64,000 nucleotides of DNA from Amoebidium appalachense. Lineage: Eukaryota > Protista > Ichthyosporea. The translations under genes were made by a program, and so were the position numbers. The stretch is from positions 8,064,001 to 8,128,000 of the forward strand of contig CAVNZM010000012.1 in the NCBI GenBank assembly GCA_963693365.1, given 5' to 3'. Position 1 is the stretch's first letter, and the number at the start of each line of letters is the position of its first letter. The notes under the pieces are model-generated. The model did no database searches and was not told where the DNA came from. It was given only the letters and a program-made list of their open reading frames with translations. Of this stretch, positions 62,531 through 64,000 are shown piece after piece.

Positions 62531-64000
62531 TTTTACAGTCTTTGAAGGCTACAAAATTTAGACTAACGGTCGCTTTCTTTTCACTGGCGCATCATGCACA
62601 CTGACGAAGAAACTCGGAGAAAAGAAGCGGTGTCCGCACGGTGCCTTTTTTGAGCTTTTTGCTAAGAGGTTTTGTAATAAATGTTGCAGTGCTATCAAAA
62701 ACTCTGTCAGCTCACATGAAATAACATACACGGCCGTCACCTGTTGTGACTCTTTCCCCTTTCCCTGCTGGCTTCAAGTTTAATTCCGGAGCACACACAC
62801 ATGCCACGAGGCCCTTCAAACCAGAACTAGGTTTATACACTATGTATAGCTTGTTAAGTGTTTTTGTTTTGCTTCCCCTTCAAGAAAAACGCATACATGT
62901 ACATACACACTTTTTTTGTTTTATACGGCATCATCTACCAGATTCTTCTTCGCTGTTCTTTTGTCGCGTTCCGGTCATAACTGTACATGGTCCCTCACCA
63001 ACTTGGTGACCAGGCCCACACTACAAATGCATGACTTATATACGAGCCACTTGGTTTATCTGACATGTTTTTTTTCTAATAATTCAAAATGATGTATTCT
63101 TTGAGAGCAACACTTGAAACTCAAACCTTCACTTTTATTCACTCGTACAGAGTCAGGAAGAGATGCGAACATGGGGCTGTGGGGCCCGGGCATACTGTGA
63201 ATTCTGTGAAGGTTATGAGCCTATGTGTGTGGGTCTGTTTTGTGAAAAACTCTATACACTGGCATATAACTTCTTTACCACTGCCAAGATGATATCCGGA
63301 AAGAAAAAGCACTCATATAGAGGATTATCTGAGGCAGCACGAATTAGCATATGTATGCAGCCTGTTATGGTACTACCATAAGTCAAGCTGCCGGGAACGG
63401 CGTGACAGACCACAAGAGAACAAAACTCAGATGAAAAAATACTGCCCTATTTCTGCAAAGTAAAAAATTCTCATGATAGACAGGAAGATTGTTGAGCAGC
63501 TGCCACAACAAAACACACCAACTGACTGTCTTTGTTAGCCACTGCGTAAAAGAAGCCTTTTAGGGACAACGAAAAACATGACAGCCTGGCGGGTTGATGT
63601 TCAGTACACCTGCTAACTATGAGCCCTCGACTATGAAACAACAATACAAAAACACACTGTCTGTCTTCAAATACTGTGATAAAGGCAGTTACTGTTGCTT
63701 GGGAGCAGCGCGAACGTAAGATTAAAGAATGGCTTCACTGCAATGGCTTTACGTTTACATGGGCCACAACGGCACCGACAGGTGAGCAACGAGAATCCTT
63801 TTGTTTATTTCTTTCTGTATTTCCTTTCCTTTCTCCATTTTTCCTTTTCTATATATTTTTTGTAGCTTTCGTGTTCATGACACACATTTTACGAGGTTCT
63901 TATGTATAAAACTGCGGACTTTATATAGGCGGGTTTTTTTTCTCTACGCGATACTGGATCAAACGGTTTGATTCGTTTGCCAGGATCATGATCACAGCTG

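Overview
Eukaryotic, intron-rich nuclear DNA saturated with (CA/GT)n microsatellites and long poly-C/poly-G tracts, so most ORF-track entries are repeat artefacts. Four genes can be reconstructed by hand: an apparently single-exon Ser/Thr kinase (+, ~982-2178), a ~23-exon CBP/p300 homologue with animal-type domain order (+, 5047-25655), a 29-exon dihydropyrimidine dehydrogenase (+, 32972-54789) and a 2-exon cathepsin C (-, 62394-59570). Gene content suggests a holozoan, possibly a unicellular relative of animals (inference only). The most unusual observations are: (1) a non-coding, strongly self-complementary ~452-bp unit present as head-to-tail partial multimers in introns of two different genes, always ending at the same point and always within poly-C tracts, which fits a retrozyme-like circular-RNA retroelement although no canonical ribozyme was found; (2) a CBP/p300 in which both the HAT catalytic Tyr and the bromodomain acetyl-lysine Asn are substituted; (3) repeated 'shadow' duplications of 3' splice sites; (4) introns bracketed by complementary (GT)n/(CA)n arrays with no polypyrimidine tract; (5) an orphan exon encoding three IQ motifs. 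All exon calls and comparisons to human proteins are by eye and from memory, not computed.
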